In this document: piece after piece, positions 14,649-28,003 of the stretch
How the letters are laid out: every line of letters begins with the position of its first letter
Position numbering within the stretch: position 1 is the first letter of the stretch
NCBI GenBank assembly: GCA_000320545.1
Contig: ADNK01002523.1
Location: 28,127-92,126, forward strand
Direction of reading: 5' to 3'
Source of the DNA: Bigelowiella natans CCMP2755
Taxonomy: Eukaryota > Protista > Cercozoa
DNA: 64,000 bases
The notes under the pieces: model-generated
Told to the model about the DNA's origin: nothing
What the model saw: only the letters and a program-made list of their open reading frames with translations
Database searches by the model: none
Translations under genes and position numbers: made by a program

Positions 14649-15056
14649 GCTGTATTAGGCATCATCGCCTAGGTTATTCGTCTATAGATATTAGAGTGGG
14701 AGACGTTGGAGCGAAATAATGACAGATAGAGGGAAAATGGGAATGCTGTCAAATGGACTTTACAAAGTATTTTGGTCAAGACCACAGTCGCCTGTGGAAG
14801 ACTAATTTTGTTCATATTTTATTTTCCTCCTCCTCCTCCTTCTCCTTAACATCACTTTCGGGTCTTATCCAGCTGGAAAAAGGGAATCTGAAGCCAACTC
14901 AAAGTTAGAATAAGCATATGTTTTCGGAACTCTTTCTACGCGTTGATGATCTTCACCTCGCTTCTTGTCCTCAAAATATCTATATAGATTCGATGCAGGG
15001 TCTCCCCTCTGTTTCGAGATTACGACAAATAAAATAGGAGGTTATGCAAGTCACAC

Positions 15057-15110
<54 letters not shown>

Positions 15111-15246
15111 ACACACACACACGCATGCATGCTTACAATCATAAGCACAACCACGCGTGCACACGAAGTTTTACCTAAAAGTTGATCTGTCGATCTTCTT
15201 CCGTTCTTTTAAGGTATCATACTCTAAATCTGTTTTACGAATGTAT

Positions 15247-15293
<47 letters not shown>

Positions 15294-15863
15294 GAATTGG
15301 GGCTGTTTTCTAATTTTTCATGTGGTGCTTGCTTGTATGCTGCGTGGCGACGAGCACCTTGGATTCCGAACCGATTTTGTAGCTGCAAGAATTTCTTATG
15401 TTGTTTCGAGCAGAAACTCAGGTATGTTTCAGCTATCAATACGGAAGAAGCAAAGAATTTCAAAATAACGCTGCTATTGTTCAGTTTCAGGAAGCCATGT
15501 CATTTAAGCAAGCCGCGACCGGCAACAACATTTGATCGACTAGCATTTACTCTGTATTCATTAATACAACATAAAAGTCGATCCACAGGATAAATTAGAA
15601 ACCGGGAGAGAGAGATAGACGATATAGATGCGATGTCCACGTGAGAGTCCTAACATTAGCACCCATATTTCGTAGGTGGAGGTCAACAACTGATCAGTTT
15701 TGGCTGCACTGTGCTTCATGATATAAACAACCATAGCTCTTTAAAGAAACAGTGACATGTGCTTATTCGCATATAGATGAGCAAACCGTAATTCTCCCTT
15801 CGGATGGCGGATGGAAAGGGGGGAGACATGCTTCGTCGAGGTCGAACTAGACGAAGCGTCCAT
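12157..15863 (-). CDS. TBC-domain Rab GTPase-activating protein (TBC1D5-like), multi-exon
   Basis: Exons CQGMNDILATI, STDAYFIFSAIM, LLKEFDPDLH, ELYMLKWVRLLFSREF, QVWDKL, VEYLCLTLIRHVRFELL; stop at 12157-12159; start codon inferred. Confidence 0.72.
13261..13358. repeat. Compound intronic (TA)n/(TG)n microsatellite; similar tracts at ~14590-14646, 31534-31598, 34345-34437, 53727-53850
   Basis: Directly visible dinucleotide runs. Confidence 0.95.
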
Positions 15864-16525
15864 GGTCCATGAAGGTTTGCTTGCGGTCGCAGAGGAAGGA
15901 TATGAAATTAAGGGGAAAATTAGTATTTAGATGTTTTCGGTGTAAAAATATATCTAAATTACAAACGTCAACTAGGATCAAGTTAAAAAATTCAACCTAG
16001 CTTTAACCAAAACTACTTGCAGATTATTCAGATGCTACTGCCCTTGAGAGTCGGTTGACGACAGTTGTCGTTGGCGACAAATCCCATGCAACACGATTGT
16101 TGAAGCGTCGAAAAAAGACTAAAGAACGGTCGGCTCGTAACTTCCGCGTTGTTCCAATCGAATTGTTCGATGATGTCGCACCCTGAAGATGCACTACGTT
16201 TCTGGACGAAATCCTAGGAAATCTAGCGAACAACCTACATCACCTCCTGCCGAGACTCATTTGAGTTCCCCCTCCCGAACTTGCGCAGACTGCAAGAAGC
16301 TACCGAGTCACTTACACATTATTCGACTGTCATCATTGGAATAAAAAGAGTCAACAGGAGGTATACAACTGTGTAATGGCTAATTCTGTAATTCGGAGAA
16401 TTTTCCCACTAACCCTACACGCGCGCTCGAGTGGACTGAACAATTGAAGTGAAAACATCATGTTGAGTCTGTTGATCCTACATTCTTAGGCACCAGAGCA
16501 CCTGGTGAGATATCTTATCTACACA

Positions 16526-17591
16526 ATGGAAGAAAAATCCTCAAATTTTGTGTGGACAAATTATAGGATGCTGCTGACAAATTCAGAGGTGAGTACTATG
16601 TTATAAGGCCGTCCCCCCAATGCACTCCATAACACTAAAGACAACTTTGTTTGTTTGGAACACTCACAGTTAAACACCTTTGCAACTGCTCGTACGGATC
16701 ACCCGATTAGCTGGGCCGTGTGGCGTACCTTAATGGCCTGCTACTTTTTTGCGGTGATACCCCTTCCTTCTACACAGATTTTGATTTTTAATTCATTTGT
16801 CGTACAACGCCATATCCAGATCATGATCTGGAGTATCGCCGCCGACGTAGAAAGTGGGAATGGGGCATGGTGGTTGATATATCTAACACACTGGACTCTC
16901 CTGGTTTTGGTCGTCTATCAAGTGTGTGCAGCAACGTGCACATGGATGTACGGTCTCAGAATGTTAAACATTCGCGAACAGCCCAAGTTATTCACAGTTA
17001 CATGGCACCTCCAGAATATTTTACTCGCAGCAGCACCTCTAGTCTTTATCCTTTATTGGGGGTTAGTTTATGATGGGGGGACTGTCCGATTCCTTACAAC
17101 CCAGACACATGGTGCAAACGCCCTAGCCATCGCAATTGATTGCTTTTTCTCATGCCAGCCAAAAAGATTCGAGCACTTCTACCAACCAGTTATTTATGCA
17201 TTGGTAAGTGAAACAGAAATTTTATATCTTTTCTTGCTGACAACCCTTATATTTTCCCTAATTTCGCTAGATTTACACTATCTTCTCGATAATTCAAGAA
17301 TACACAGGAATTGACAACGGCAGTCTTGAAGGTCGAACAAACGGAATCCCATCATCACAATGTTACTTTCTCACAAAATGCTCCCGTAACATGTTCTCAG
17401 GCACATCAATTTATGATGTAACAAATTATAAGGCTAATCCGGCTAGAATTGGATTCATTTTAGTGTTGGCTATTTTCCTAGCCCCGGCAATTTACTGCCT
17501 CCTCGTGTGCTGGGACCGACTCGCACAGTATGTGATTGGTGGGAATAGGAATTTGAAGATAGATTCAACCCTTCGGATGGAGCTTAACTGA
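16526..17591 (+). CDS. Rolling-stone / FAR-17a-like polytopic membrane protein, 4 introns
   Basis: WLIYLTHWTL, FILYWGLVY, TQTHGANA, RFEHFYQPVIY and SIYDVTNY motifs; stop 17589-17591. Confidence 0.72.
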
Positions 17592-18149
17592 AAACTAGAG
17601 AGCACTTCATCTAAACTAGAAAGATGTAGGCAACAGCAACAACAAAGTGACTACAACGGCACTTCTATTTATTTTATAATGATGATTTAGCAATCAGTGT
17701 TTGCTGCAGCATAAGCAGATCAGCGAGACTACTGTCAGCACGTGCCTGCGTTGGCCTTATGCAACCACACATGCACCATGGCCTTTGATGCCACCATTGT
17801 CATCATCATCTTTCGATTCACAAGCACGCACAGCAATCAGTCAAGCCACAAATGCACAGCATCGGCAGCAGCAGATCGATTGCACGCTGCTGTGGATGGG
17901 CATGTGATGCTGATGCTTCATGGAACGCACCCGCCACGTACGCCCACACGACATGCATACGTATCGAAAGAACACCCTCATAGCGGAGCAGAGACATTTA
18001 GAAGTGCAGGCAGCACGGACTCCCAGTTCACAAATTTGCATGAACGAGCTGCGGCTGCTATTAGTTCAGCCATCTAGCAGTGTAACGCAACACGCGACTC
18101 TTTCCATTTTGGTTGTTTTGAAGGCAGTCAATCATGCACGTAACAAATA

Positions 18150-18715
18150 GTGTCAACCAGTCAAGTCGGACGATCGAAATCATCATTGCTGATGTTGATT
18201 CCACAGGAGTTCAACATGACCCATTCCGCAGCAGGTGGCCCTTCTCGTCTGAATGAATCCTCAGACGCAAGGGCAAATTGACTGGATGCATGGCAAAATG
18301 ATGATGACTGTGACAAACGATGATGACCTCTGAATCCAAGTGAAGAATCATTCCCCATGGGAACAGTTTGAAACAAAACAACAAAATGCAGGAAGGAGGA
18401 GAAGACGCTCGAACAGCGCCAAGGAAAATCCGCATCATCGACGCTGATGCGCTGATTTCCACACGCGCACGTTCAAATCTGTCCAAAACTGACAGTGTTG
18501 CAACGAAATTGGCCGTTTCAAAGAGCGTTTTGCGCCAGTTTTGGCTTCCCTGTTGTTCAGAATGGCACCTGCTTTTGCGTGGGGAGCTCAAAATCGGTGC
18601 ACAATGGATTCAATGATGTGCTTGCGAGCCAGTCCGCATGAAGTGAAGTGAAGTGTGGAGCCACTCGCAACCCATTCACACATTTTCAGGCAACATGAAT
18701 GAATGATGAGTGAAG
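18150..18715. other. TpA-free tract, probable decayed gene or repeat
   Basis: No TA dinucleotide in ~566 bp by manual scan. Confidence 0.8.
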
Positions 18716-19108
18716 TAGTTTCAATGCCAAATTCGATAGGATCAACAAGACGTGCGAACTCATCCACGCATCTCGCAATCCAGTGAACAGGGGCGAAGCT
18801 GAGCATCGGGCTGGCTCGATTCCCATAAATTTCCGAGATTTTTCGCCCAAAAGTCACACGGCTGTTTCGTCCTCAATCCCTGCATTGCGACAAATATTTC
18901 AGACTTTTTTGGTTGAAACCTGGAGGTTCTGTTGCCTGGCTGCGTAACCCTCATTCTGTTGGAAGATTTCGTATGTCTTTGTTCTAAATTCCAATGGGTT
19001 TTGGTATACTTTGTTGGAAATTTGCCTCGATTCCACAGGTTATTTCTGATATCTCACTGCAGCGAGCTTGCTGCCTGCCCCCATCCGTCAACACAGCTGA
19101 GCAGCAAA

Positions 19109-21104
19109 ATGGAATCGAATGACAAACCGAACTCGAAGCCGGCGCTCAAAGATATTCTGCATGGAAACATAGACGAAGAAGAGGCGGTGGAAGCAAAAGA
19201 AGGAGTGAAGGACCAGAACTCAGATCAGGGCACATTCGCAAAGATCGCTTCCGGTGCCCTATCAGCACAGCTGTCCATTGAAAGTGTTGAAACACTAGAA
19301 AAGCGCCTCGCTGGTCTTAAGGAAAAGTGGGAAAAGGAGAGACTTAATTTCGAGGCAACAGCCAGGGAACTGAACAGTCAGCTCGATTTTGCACGCAGAG
19401 ATGCAGAGGCTAAGAAAACAAACAAGGGCGACAGCAAATCTGCACAAGTGGCTCCAAGCAAAGCTAAAGACTCCATGAAGAATAAGGACGATGAGGAGAA
19501 AGAGGAGGAGGAGTATGTCGCAGCGGCTGACACGCAGTTGTTGGAGAGGTCCAAATTTATACCGCTGCGTCTAACCCTCGATGAACGAAAATACCTCCGC
19601 TTAATTACTTCGGCTCTTGAGGTCTCGGAATACACTGATCGGGTAGATGTCAGCAGATGGTCTGGAAGGGCTAAACGGATTCACAAGCAACTCAAAGAGA
19701 TTTGTGCTATTCTTTCGGGTCTCTTAGTTGCCTGTGACTACAAAGCTGGCCAAAAACTTATAGCAAACGATGAATTTGCTGACAACGCGGAATTTTTCCA
19801 ATACATGTTTGAGCTGGGTCGAAGGTACAAAATTTTGAACCCCGAGCGCATGCGATCGGCCTACGGTAAGTTGATTTACCTCTTGCAAGATTCTCAGCAA
19901 GAGGATGTTCGTGAGATGATGGAATTCGGTCTTGTACGACCGCTGCAATCGGTGAACGTGTTCCTCCAGGAAAAGAAGATGCTCAGCATGTTGAAGGACC
20001 CTCTCTTACACGCTGCCACCCGTGTGATTGCAGAAAAGGGAAAGACTCGTGCTCAGATACAGTATGAGCTCCAGAGGAAACGCCGTGCATACAACCGAGT
20101 AAAGGATAAGTACATTGGAGAAGGGGATATGTCGGAACAGGATGTTGAGTTGGTGATGGGTTCGATTGCGGACAACAACTACTTCCTTAAATTTAATAGA
20201 GATCCATGTGATGAAATGATTGGGTACCTCAAATCAAAGTTTAGCCCTGATAATTACGAAGAGGGTTTCTCACTAAAAATCAACTATGGCAAAGGTGGGG
20301 CAAGGCTGAGTCATGACCATAAAACTCAGTTCTACTTCGTGATGCAGACCCTGAATCTATGGAGAGACATTCTGCACGACTTTTATCGCCTTTGGTTTCT
20401 TGCAGAAGATGACCTCTTAGATCCGGATAATCCGTACCGTCTCAGGAACACAGGCCAGGGATTGAACAGGATTCAGTCTTCTCCAAATATTGGCCGTGAG
20501 ATGTCGAGAATCATCTACACGGCACGGCAGAGAGTAGGGTATTGGATCGGCTCTAGTGTTGTGCACCTTGGTGACCACAACGTTCCGAACGCATTCATGT
20601 TTATAGACAAGTACACCCAGGTAAGAGCATCTAGGACGACGTGTTCTAGCAGAAACTTTTATGGAACTGCAATCGGAGTTAATGACTTTTCTTCTTTGGT
20701 TCTGTCCTTATTATCACTTACCACCACCATCAGGTATCTCGCATTCTAAATCCAATATGTATTACTCTCCGACGACTTGAGGAAGTGCTTTCAGAGAAAC
20801 CTGGAATCAAGAAGTACGTGGACGACACCTTCGGCGGGTGCGACAAGTTGCGAATGACTGTTCTCTGCGATTTTTTCCGTCATGGTTTTGATGGAAGCGG
20901 AGCAGACAACTTTTTTGACGCTGGTTCGTGTATCGATGGCCGCCTAACATCTGCCTGGAATTGGTGCAGCTTGATCCACAAGAAACCGTAAGTGGATGAT
21001 ATGATGTAACTCATTTAATTATTCTGACTAATACCCCCGCCATAATCAGGTATTATCCTGTGTTCCAAATGACTGGTTTTGCATCTTTTGATGGGCAGTT
21101 TTAG
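19109..21104 (+). CDS. DUF2009 / UPF0652 family protein, 3 exons
   Basis: FIPLRLTLDERKYLRL, RRYKILNPERMRSAYGKL, GARLSHDH, WIGSSVVHLGDHNVPNAFMFIDKYTQ|V, GFDGSGADNFFDAGSCIDGRLTSAWNWC, FDGQF*; introns at ~20621-20733 and ~20988-21049. Confidence 0.88.
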
Positions 21105-21885
21105 TCACACCAAGACCATCGAAAGTCGTTAATCGGTGTGAGGGATACGTAGGTGTGCGATTTAGCTTTGCACGTGATGAATCAGAGCGAAAAAGATGGA
21201 AAATGTCATAATACGTACGTGAACCACTTAGCTCAGCGCTCTAGCACAATGCCTGTTTCGATCCAGCGGCACAAACAGCAACAGTAGCAAGCTGTGCCAC
21301 CAGCATCTGGCGTGTGAGTGTGCATGTCTAGATGTGCGTTGCACGTGCGCGCAGCAATGATCATGTTGCATCGGCTCGCGCTAGACATGGCGACCGCGCG
21401 CTCAAGGAGGGCATCGCTTACCTCAGCTACATGCCATCAAGAAATCAAAGAAACTAACAAAAGAGCATGTGACAAAGCCAGCTATCTCTGATCAACTAGT
21501 TGAACTAGCTAGCTAGTATGAGCAATTGTCAGCAAGTGGTCAAGCGCACATCGACCGCCAGTCGATCACAGCCTGCTTCCATGTGACAGATGGCTAGTTC
21601 TAGAGTTGCCAAGATCAGCATGTAGGTGCTGATGACAATTTTTGGGGAAAAAACAAAAAAAAATCAGGAATTGTTCCAGAAGCCATGCTGTGCATTGTGA
21701 TTGGAGTTGTGTTGCTTGCATGTTGACACACAACAAATGTCTAGAATGTGAACTTGCATCGCAGGCCCGCAACACTCGCTACGTCATCGCAACATTGAGA
21801 TGACGCACTGAAAAAGTCGGTTTCAATTAGACAAGCTAGGTGTGTTTTAATCAGCTAAATTTTAATTTGGACTAACTATGTAATC

Positions 21886-24670
21886 TCATACGACGTGAGT
21901 CATCTGTTGTTCTACCACGCTTATGGTGCCGATTTCCACGCTTTCCTTTCCATCCAGACCGGAGATGACGCTGCTATCATGCTTATCATGCACAACCTTT
22001 TCACCCTCTTTTGTTACTCTTGGTTCACCCGTGATTTCATAAACTCTCCATATGGAGACAATGGTCAAAGTTGCAACCAGAAATATGATTACCCCCATCG
22101 CCACCTGGGAAATGTACTCGTACACGATGAAAGATATACCAAACGCCAATCCTGACCATGTATGCAAGTTTGAAAATGCCGCCGTTGCTTCCTCTCCAGG
22201 GAAGAAGTCCACTAGAGCTGCTTTATTCGTCGTTTCGAACACCGCACGCCCTGCACCAAGAAGGATGTACATAAACACGATCCCGTACCTATGTGGGGGG
22301 CAAACGGTTAGAACAAAGAACAATTCTTATGCTGACCGAGCTTTAGTCACGGTTTACAGCATTCCACGCACCTCAGTCCCCTCAACTGGTTCGGGGTGGC
22401 AGAGAAGGCAATGATACCCACGACCAAGAAGATTGAGCCACCAATCCAGAGTCCAATTCTACAATATTTATGATGATTGGGAGTAGTGCAATACGAATGA
22501 TATCACCGTTTCGTCCCGAACGACGAAAGGAGGCAATTTTTTAATGTATGCGCATGTGTTACATATATTTGAAACCTCTTTCCTGATGGTGTCCTCCCCA
22601 AGATGCTGAGCGGATATGATCCTAACACGGCAGTGACAGGCACTAGAGCAGTCATCCAGCCTACCGTGCTGACCCCGAGACCCTCAGCAACAATTTCCTG
22701 CAGTATGATGAGTCCTAATGCTCAAGCAGACGAAGATGGAAAATTGTCTCAAACATCGAGCCATTACCGCATTCATATATTGGTCTGCAAACGCCAGCGA
22801 CACGCCGAACAGGATCTATCATCAAAAATAAGATTCATCGTACTACGAGTGTACAGGAGGTGGGGGAATTCAGCCTACATTAAAGGTGGACATGTAGCGA
22901 ATGACCGCACTTTTATAGAAAAGGTTCCTGGAAACAATTGATCACAATTACAACAACAACAACGATGGCGACGACGACGATGATGATGACCAAGATGATC
23001 ATTGTGATGATATGATAATGATGATGATAATAGCTGAAGTGGATCAGGATGATTCTGCGTGAAACGTTTTCATCCATAAATGCAAACCCCGTGGCAATAA
23101 GCTTTTCACTCCATCTTCCACGTACGTAACTCGGCCCCTTTGCTTGCCTCTTCTGCTGTGTATCAGATGAGTCTCTTCCTCCTACTTTTGTCTCTTCCGC
23201 ATGCTCCTCGTTGAGTTGCTCTTCCTTCATTTCCGGTGGCGTCGGCAGCAATATTGTACTCAATGCTGCAACAACGGCTAGTGCTGTGAACACTGTACAA
23301 AAGGCCACGCAAGTATTAGGCTGATATCGTAATCCCAATGACACATTATACAAACGTTGTAGATTACCTCCAAATGTAGACCCAAAACCCGAGTAGGTAA
23401 ATATGACCGAGGAGATGCCGCGAGTGATGACCTGAGAATGATGATAGTGGATGATACGTTGATGCGCGGAAAAACGGGTTCATTCATGGTATACCTCAGC
23501 AGCAACGTAGATACCTCCCCAGATCCCAGAGAGCTGTAATTACGTTTGGTTAGAGAATAGATGTTTGCAAATAATATAACTAGAAGCGTACAAGGCTATT
23601 AGCTTCAGAGTCAACCCACTGCGAACTCGTTGGCTTCTTATCTTCCTTCTGCACAGATATAACCAACTTCATTTGAAGGCCGTATTAGGTTCAAAATTTG
23701 CAGTATCTATCTATCTATCTATCTATCTACCGCCTGTGTATCATCAGAAGCAGTATCCTTGCATTCTTTTCGGCCATCTTTTACTGTAGTGTTTGTAGTG
23801 GTTCTAGCCGTCACCGAATACTTGGCGATACGAGAGAAATACCTAATGTAGGGAGAATAGACTAAATGAAGGAATGAACAGGATGAAGAATAGTGAGAGA
23901 CTAAAATTACAATCCTTGTGCGGTCCACAGCCAACCAGCAGCAACTCCACCGAGGACCCCACCCTAGAAAACATAGTACTTTATTGAGTTGTGAATGAGC
24001 TCAGCAATCAAGCTGGGTTAGTGTACAATGATGGCAGCTGGCCAGGACAGCGACGGAGAAAGAGTAGCGACTAAGAAAGCTCCCACGTAGACGCAAAGAA
24101 GAAGTAAACTGCAAATCGTCATAATATCAGCCATGGCGATTGAGGAAAACATGCGAATATTAACCTAGTCACGATGGACCATTTGAGACCGAAGGAGTAG
24201 GTGAGCCAGGTGGAACCCTTGAAAATTTATTTCATTAATTCTAGTTTTTGATTAGATAAATGGGTGATCAAATACCACAAGAGCTGTTATGGCGTAACTG
24301 AAGAACAGAATAGCTGAGCTGACGCCTCCTGATACAGATGATGTCATTATGTGAGTGGCTGTATACCGCGTGAATATTCCACTTTTTACCCAAATGCTTT
24401 CCTAGTGCAACAGATGCTAGGCCCACACATGCCGTCACGCAACCTTCGTATACTCAGAATAATCAGACATAAATTTCACATGGTAGGTAGGAATGACAAC
24501 GACCATGAGTGATAGATACGCTAATGCTAAACCAGATCCACACTCGAACAAGGGCATCGCGTTTCTGATACCTACAGACAGGCGATTAGACTACAAAAAA
24601 AGACGACATAGGAGAGCACTCGTAGCGATCACCAGCTCAATGTGTCCCCATCTGTCAGGTGTGTGGTCAT
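21886..24670 (-). CDS. UNC-93-like / MFS membrane protein, multi-exon
   Basis: FSISVSITHG|CVTACVGLAS, LLLCVYVGAFL, GGVLGGVAAGWLWTA, YILLGAGRAVFETTNKAALVDFFP. Confidence 0.72.
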
Positions 24671-24895
24671 CGGTTGCTGACTTCTAAAAGGACCTCCTCG
24701 TGTCGAGAAAGTGAGTCCTCAGTGAAGCTTGTCGCAGATGCAAAACCTCAAGAATTCTTATCTAATTTATTAAATATTATGTTGGTATTCGGCAACTAAA
24801 TATTGTGGGCCGAAATATGACGAAATTGCCAGGAATAGTAGAATCCGCTGCGAGCACATGTTGTTACTAAACTGACTTTCTCGTGAAACAAAGAA

Positions 24896-25653
24896 TGGAG
24901 CAGATCCCTTTTTTTTTGAAGAAGTGAAACGGAATGGCACAATGAAGAATTACCAGGGATTTTGGACGCAAGGCGAGGTGAAGTTGTACGTCGTGGTGTT
25001 TCCAAGAAGAAGCACATGTTGCATGGAAGATGGCATGCTTTGGATGTGTTTTGCTTCCTGTTCCTGCTTCCTTCAGAGTGAAGAAGAATTTCTGTGCACA
25101 CTCTGCAAGTCGTTGAACAGACATTCGAAGGGTTTTCAAGGTTTCTTGTTGTCCGGACACAAAGCACATTCACACTCTGAGCACACTTCTGAAGCAAACC
25201 CAACTCCCAGCGAAAACAATTGTGAAATCTGCGGTCGAACTGAAGGTGCAATGACTGAAGCATCGACCAGAATCACGACTGGCATCAACAATTGGCTAGT
25301 TGGCCCACAACGATGAACGGCCCATTTGACAGTGGCACCATCGCGGACACCAACTTCCAACGCACAGCGCAGAACAAAGCCGCGGTTTTTGTGGCTGCTT
25401 GCCAAGCTGGCAAGGCTGTTAGCTGCTTTGGTTCAGCAGCCAGCATGTTCGTGAGGTCTAGAGGTCGCAACCTGAAGTCTAGGGCGCACTCCAGGTTTTC
25501 GATCCCACTGCAGAAAAAATCAAGGAGTGGGATGTCGCCTTCAACTTCATCGATCGGTACGAAGCCACCCCGACGGTTGAGGACATCGAGCTTGCAGCTC
25601 AGAGATTTGCAGACCTCCCTACAACTTTGGTTGATCGCATCAACAGTGACTAG
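24896..25653 (+). pseudogene. Probable decayed gene remnant, TpA-eroded
   Basis: ATG 24896 followed by an apparent frameshift in a T9 run, exon-like blocks bounded by GT/AG, terminal block ...KIKEWDVAFNFIDRYEATPTVEDIELAAQRF...SD*; TpA nearly absent. Confidence 0.4.
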
Positions 25654-26212
25654 GAAAAATTTGTCTTGAATGCATAGTCTCTTTGTGTCAAACTGTACGT
25701 AATGATTTCTGATGAATCTAACCACAATAACCTAACCAGACAAATGTAGTTACTGTCTCGACGCTCTCGGATCATTACCTCAATGTCTGTTGGCATGCAT
25801 GTTGGACAACTATGTCACCATGCACAAGCAGACAAGCGAAATGCACACACACGCGCGAACGCCGCACGCACATACACAAAATGCAGCGTCAGATACTAGC
25901 AATGCAAGGCGCATTCTATGCTTTTATCATTGATTTGTGGCTAGATCGACTCACAGGAATTATAGAATGTAGCTGGTATTCACTAACCTGACGATTGGCT
26001 ATTTCAAATGCGGTGCATAAAACGCCAAATATATTCACATTCTGTGGCTACATCCAGACATAATGGTGCTCTATACCTAATCATACATCCCAAGTCACAA
26101 TTACATGCGTGCATGGCACAACGGTCCAGTACTGGTGTTTCGTTATGTTGTGCATTGATTCGTACAACACTGTATAGAAGCACGCACTTTGACCAAAAAA
26201 GTCTCTTCGATC

Positions 26213-27660
26213 TTATAACTTCGAAGCCAATATTACTTCGTCTTCAGAAGACTTAGAATTGTCATAACGTTTCTGATATTCTTGCTGGAACAGAGGTAGA
26301 TTTTTCGCCGCAGACCCCATTATTTGCTGGCTACCTGAAGACTTCCTCTTATTTCTTGGTAACAGATCAAACCCGACCAAAGAGGCTAATTCTCGCAAAG
26401 CATTCAAACCTCTCGTGTCGGATGCCTGTGGATAGATTCATCACAAAAGTGCATTATTACGATGCAAATACTCGTGCTACTGTCAGTTGCGACAGAATTG
26501 TGGCAGCAAGATTACATGACTTATGGGTTCCATACACAGATGGTTTTATGTACCTTCACTTTTATAGTTTTCATCCCAAGTGAGCGGGCAGATTTTAAAT
26601 TTATTCCAATATCATCGAGGAAGATACACTCCTGAGGTCGTTAAAAATAGATGGGTTACTATGAATCTGGCTGGTACTTGAGAATACACATTGGCCAATC
26701 GACATGTGTATTCGCAAAAGCACATCTACCTACGCCCCCCCCATCCACACACATGCGCACAGCAGAGAAAAGAGGTTAGAGGAGAGAAAAATATCTGACG
26801 AACGCAGTGCGTGACAAACGACATCATAACCTTGGGATCGCATTGAACGCGTTCGCATGCTATCTTAAAGATTTGTGGATTTGGTTTTCGTACTCCTAGT
26901 TTCATAAAATAGAACTTGATACTTGTTTTTCAACGATATCGCACACTTTAGGAAAGCAAACCTTCAATTGCTGATTCCACTATCACGTCAAAAGCGTCTC
27001 TCCATTTACCGTGCATTCCGGCACTGGAACTCATCTACATTAACCAGGTTTCCCAACGTTGCTGTTCTACGATTTCATACTGAAATTCATCATGAGTACC
27101 TCTCTCCAATTGTTTGTAACCGCGCCTACTTTCAAACCGTTAGATCGAAGGATGCCCAATGCCAACATCTAGATATTCGATATAAGCATGTGTTGCATAT
27201 GGCTACTTTGGCGGAAATTGTGATACCATATCCTTCCGAGGCCGCATCACGGAGGAAATTCCACGCATGATCTGTTAAAGTTATGATGTCATTTTTTTTC
27301 AAGAATGACCTGAAAGGTTAGCTGGGGGAACCTGCCTCAGATCCGACACAGTGACACCTTTCGATAGTAACCCCTCGAGAATCATTCTTTCACAGAATTC
27401 GTCCTGCCCTATCTTTCCTTCCTCTAGTTTCTTCCAATTCTTGCTTCTCGAAAATGCGCGATTGATCGAGTCTTTTTTATATCCCTGGAGGGGTGTTCGT
27501 GAGGGTTTTCATGCCTTAGGATGATTAATGGTGAATGGACCTTAATGATTTCGAATTCCCTCACGAAGGATATAGGACTGTCGAACACTACACCGCCTAG
27601 GTCAAACAGTACACAGCGTATCGAAGCAGAAGAAAGGGTGGGAAGCATTCGAGGTTGCAT
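26213..27660 (-). CDS. HAD-superfamily hydrolase (EPHX2/ACAD10 N-terminal-like) with C-terminal SKL
   Basis: Motif I RCVLFDLGGVV, LKVGAVTNNW, CIFLDDIG.NLKSARSLGMKTI; last exon ends EVILASKL*. Confidence 0.8.
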
Positions 27661-28003
27661 TGGAATTTCCGATGGCCCGATAATTAAATGTGACATCGAA
27701 TTCCTCATGACGCAACACAGAAACACCCTAATTTTGATGTATTTTGGAGATTTGTTCATTTTCGATGTGAGGTTACATGGGAATACTTCCCTTGCGACAA
27801 TCACAGTTCGAGTTTAAATTCGTATTTTCTCATGGAATTTTCCAACGGTACAGAAGATAAAAGTTTTTTCCCCCTGCCAATGGTGATGACGCAGCACATG
27901 AAAACTTTGCGTTTCTAGAAAAAGGAGTGAGATGAAGGCGCACTTTTTAAATCTTACCTAAATCAACGGATAGAGTTCTATCAAGCAGAGTGGGGAAGAA
28001 AAC

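Noticed and set aside
18932-19108. N-terminal extension of the 605-aa ORF
   Set aside because: It starts at TTG; the first in-frame ATG is 19109 and the ORF's tail is intron read-through.
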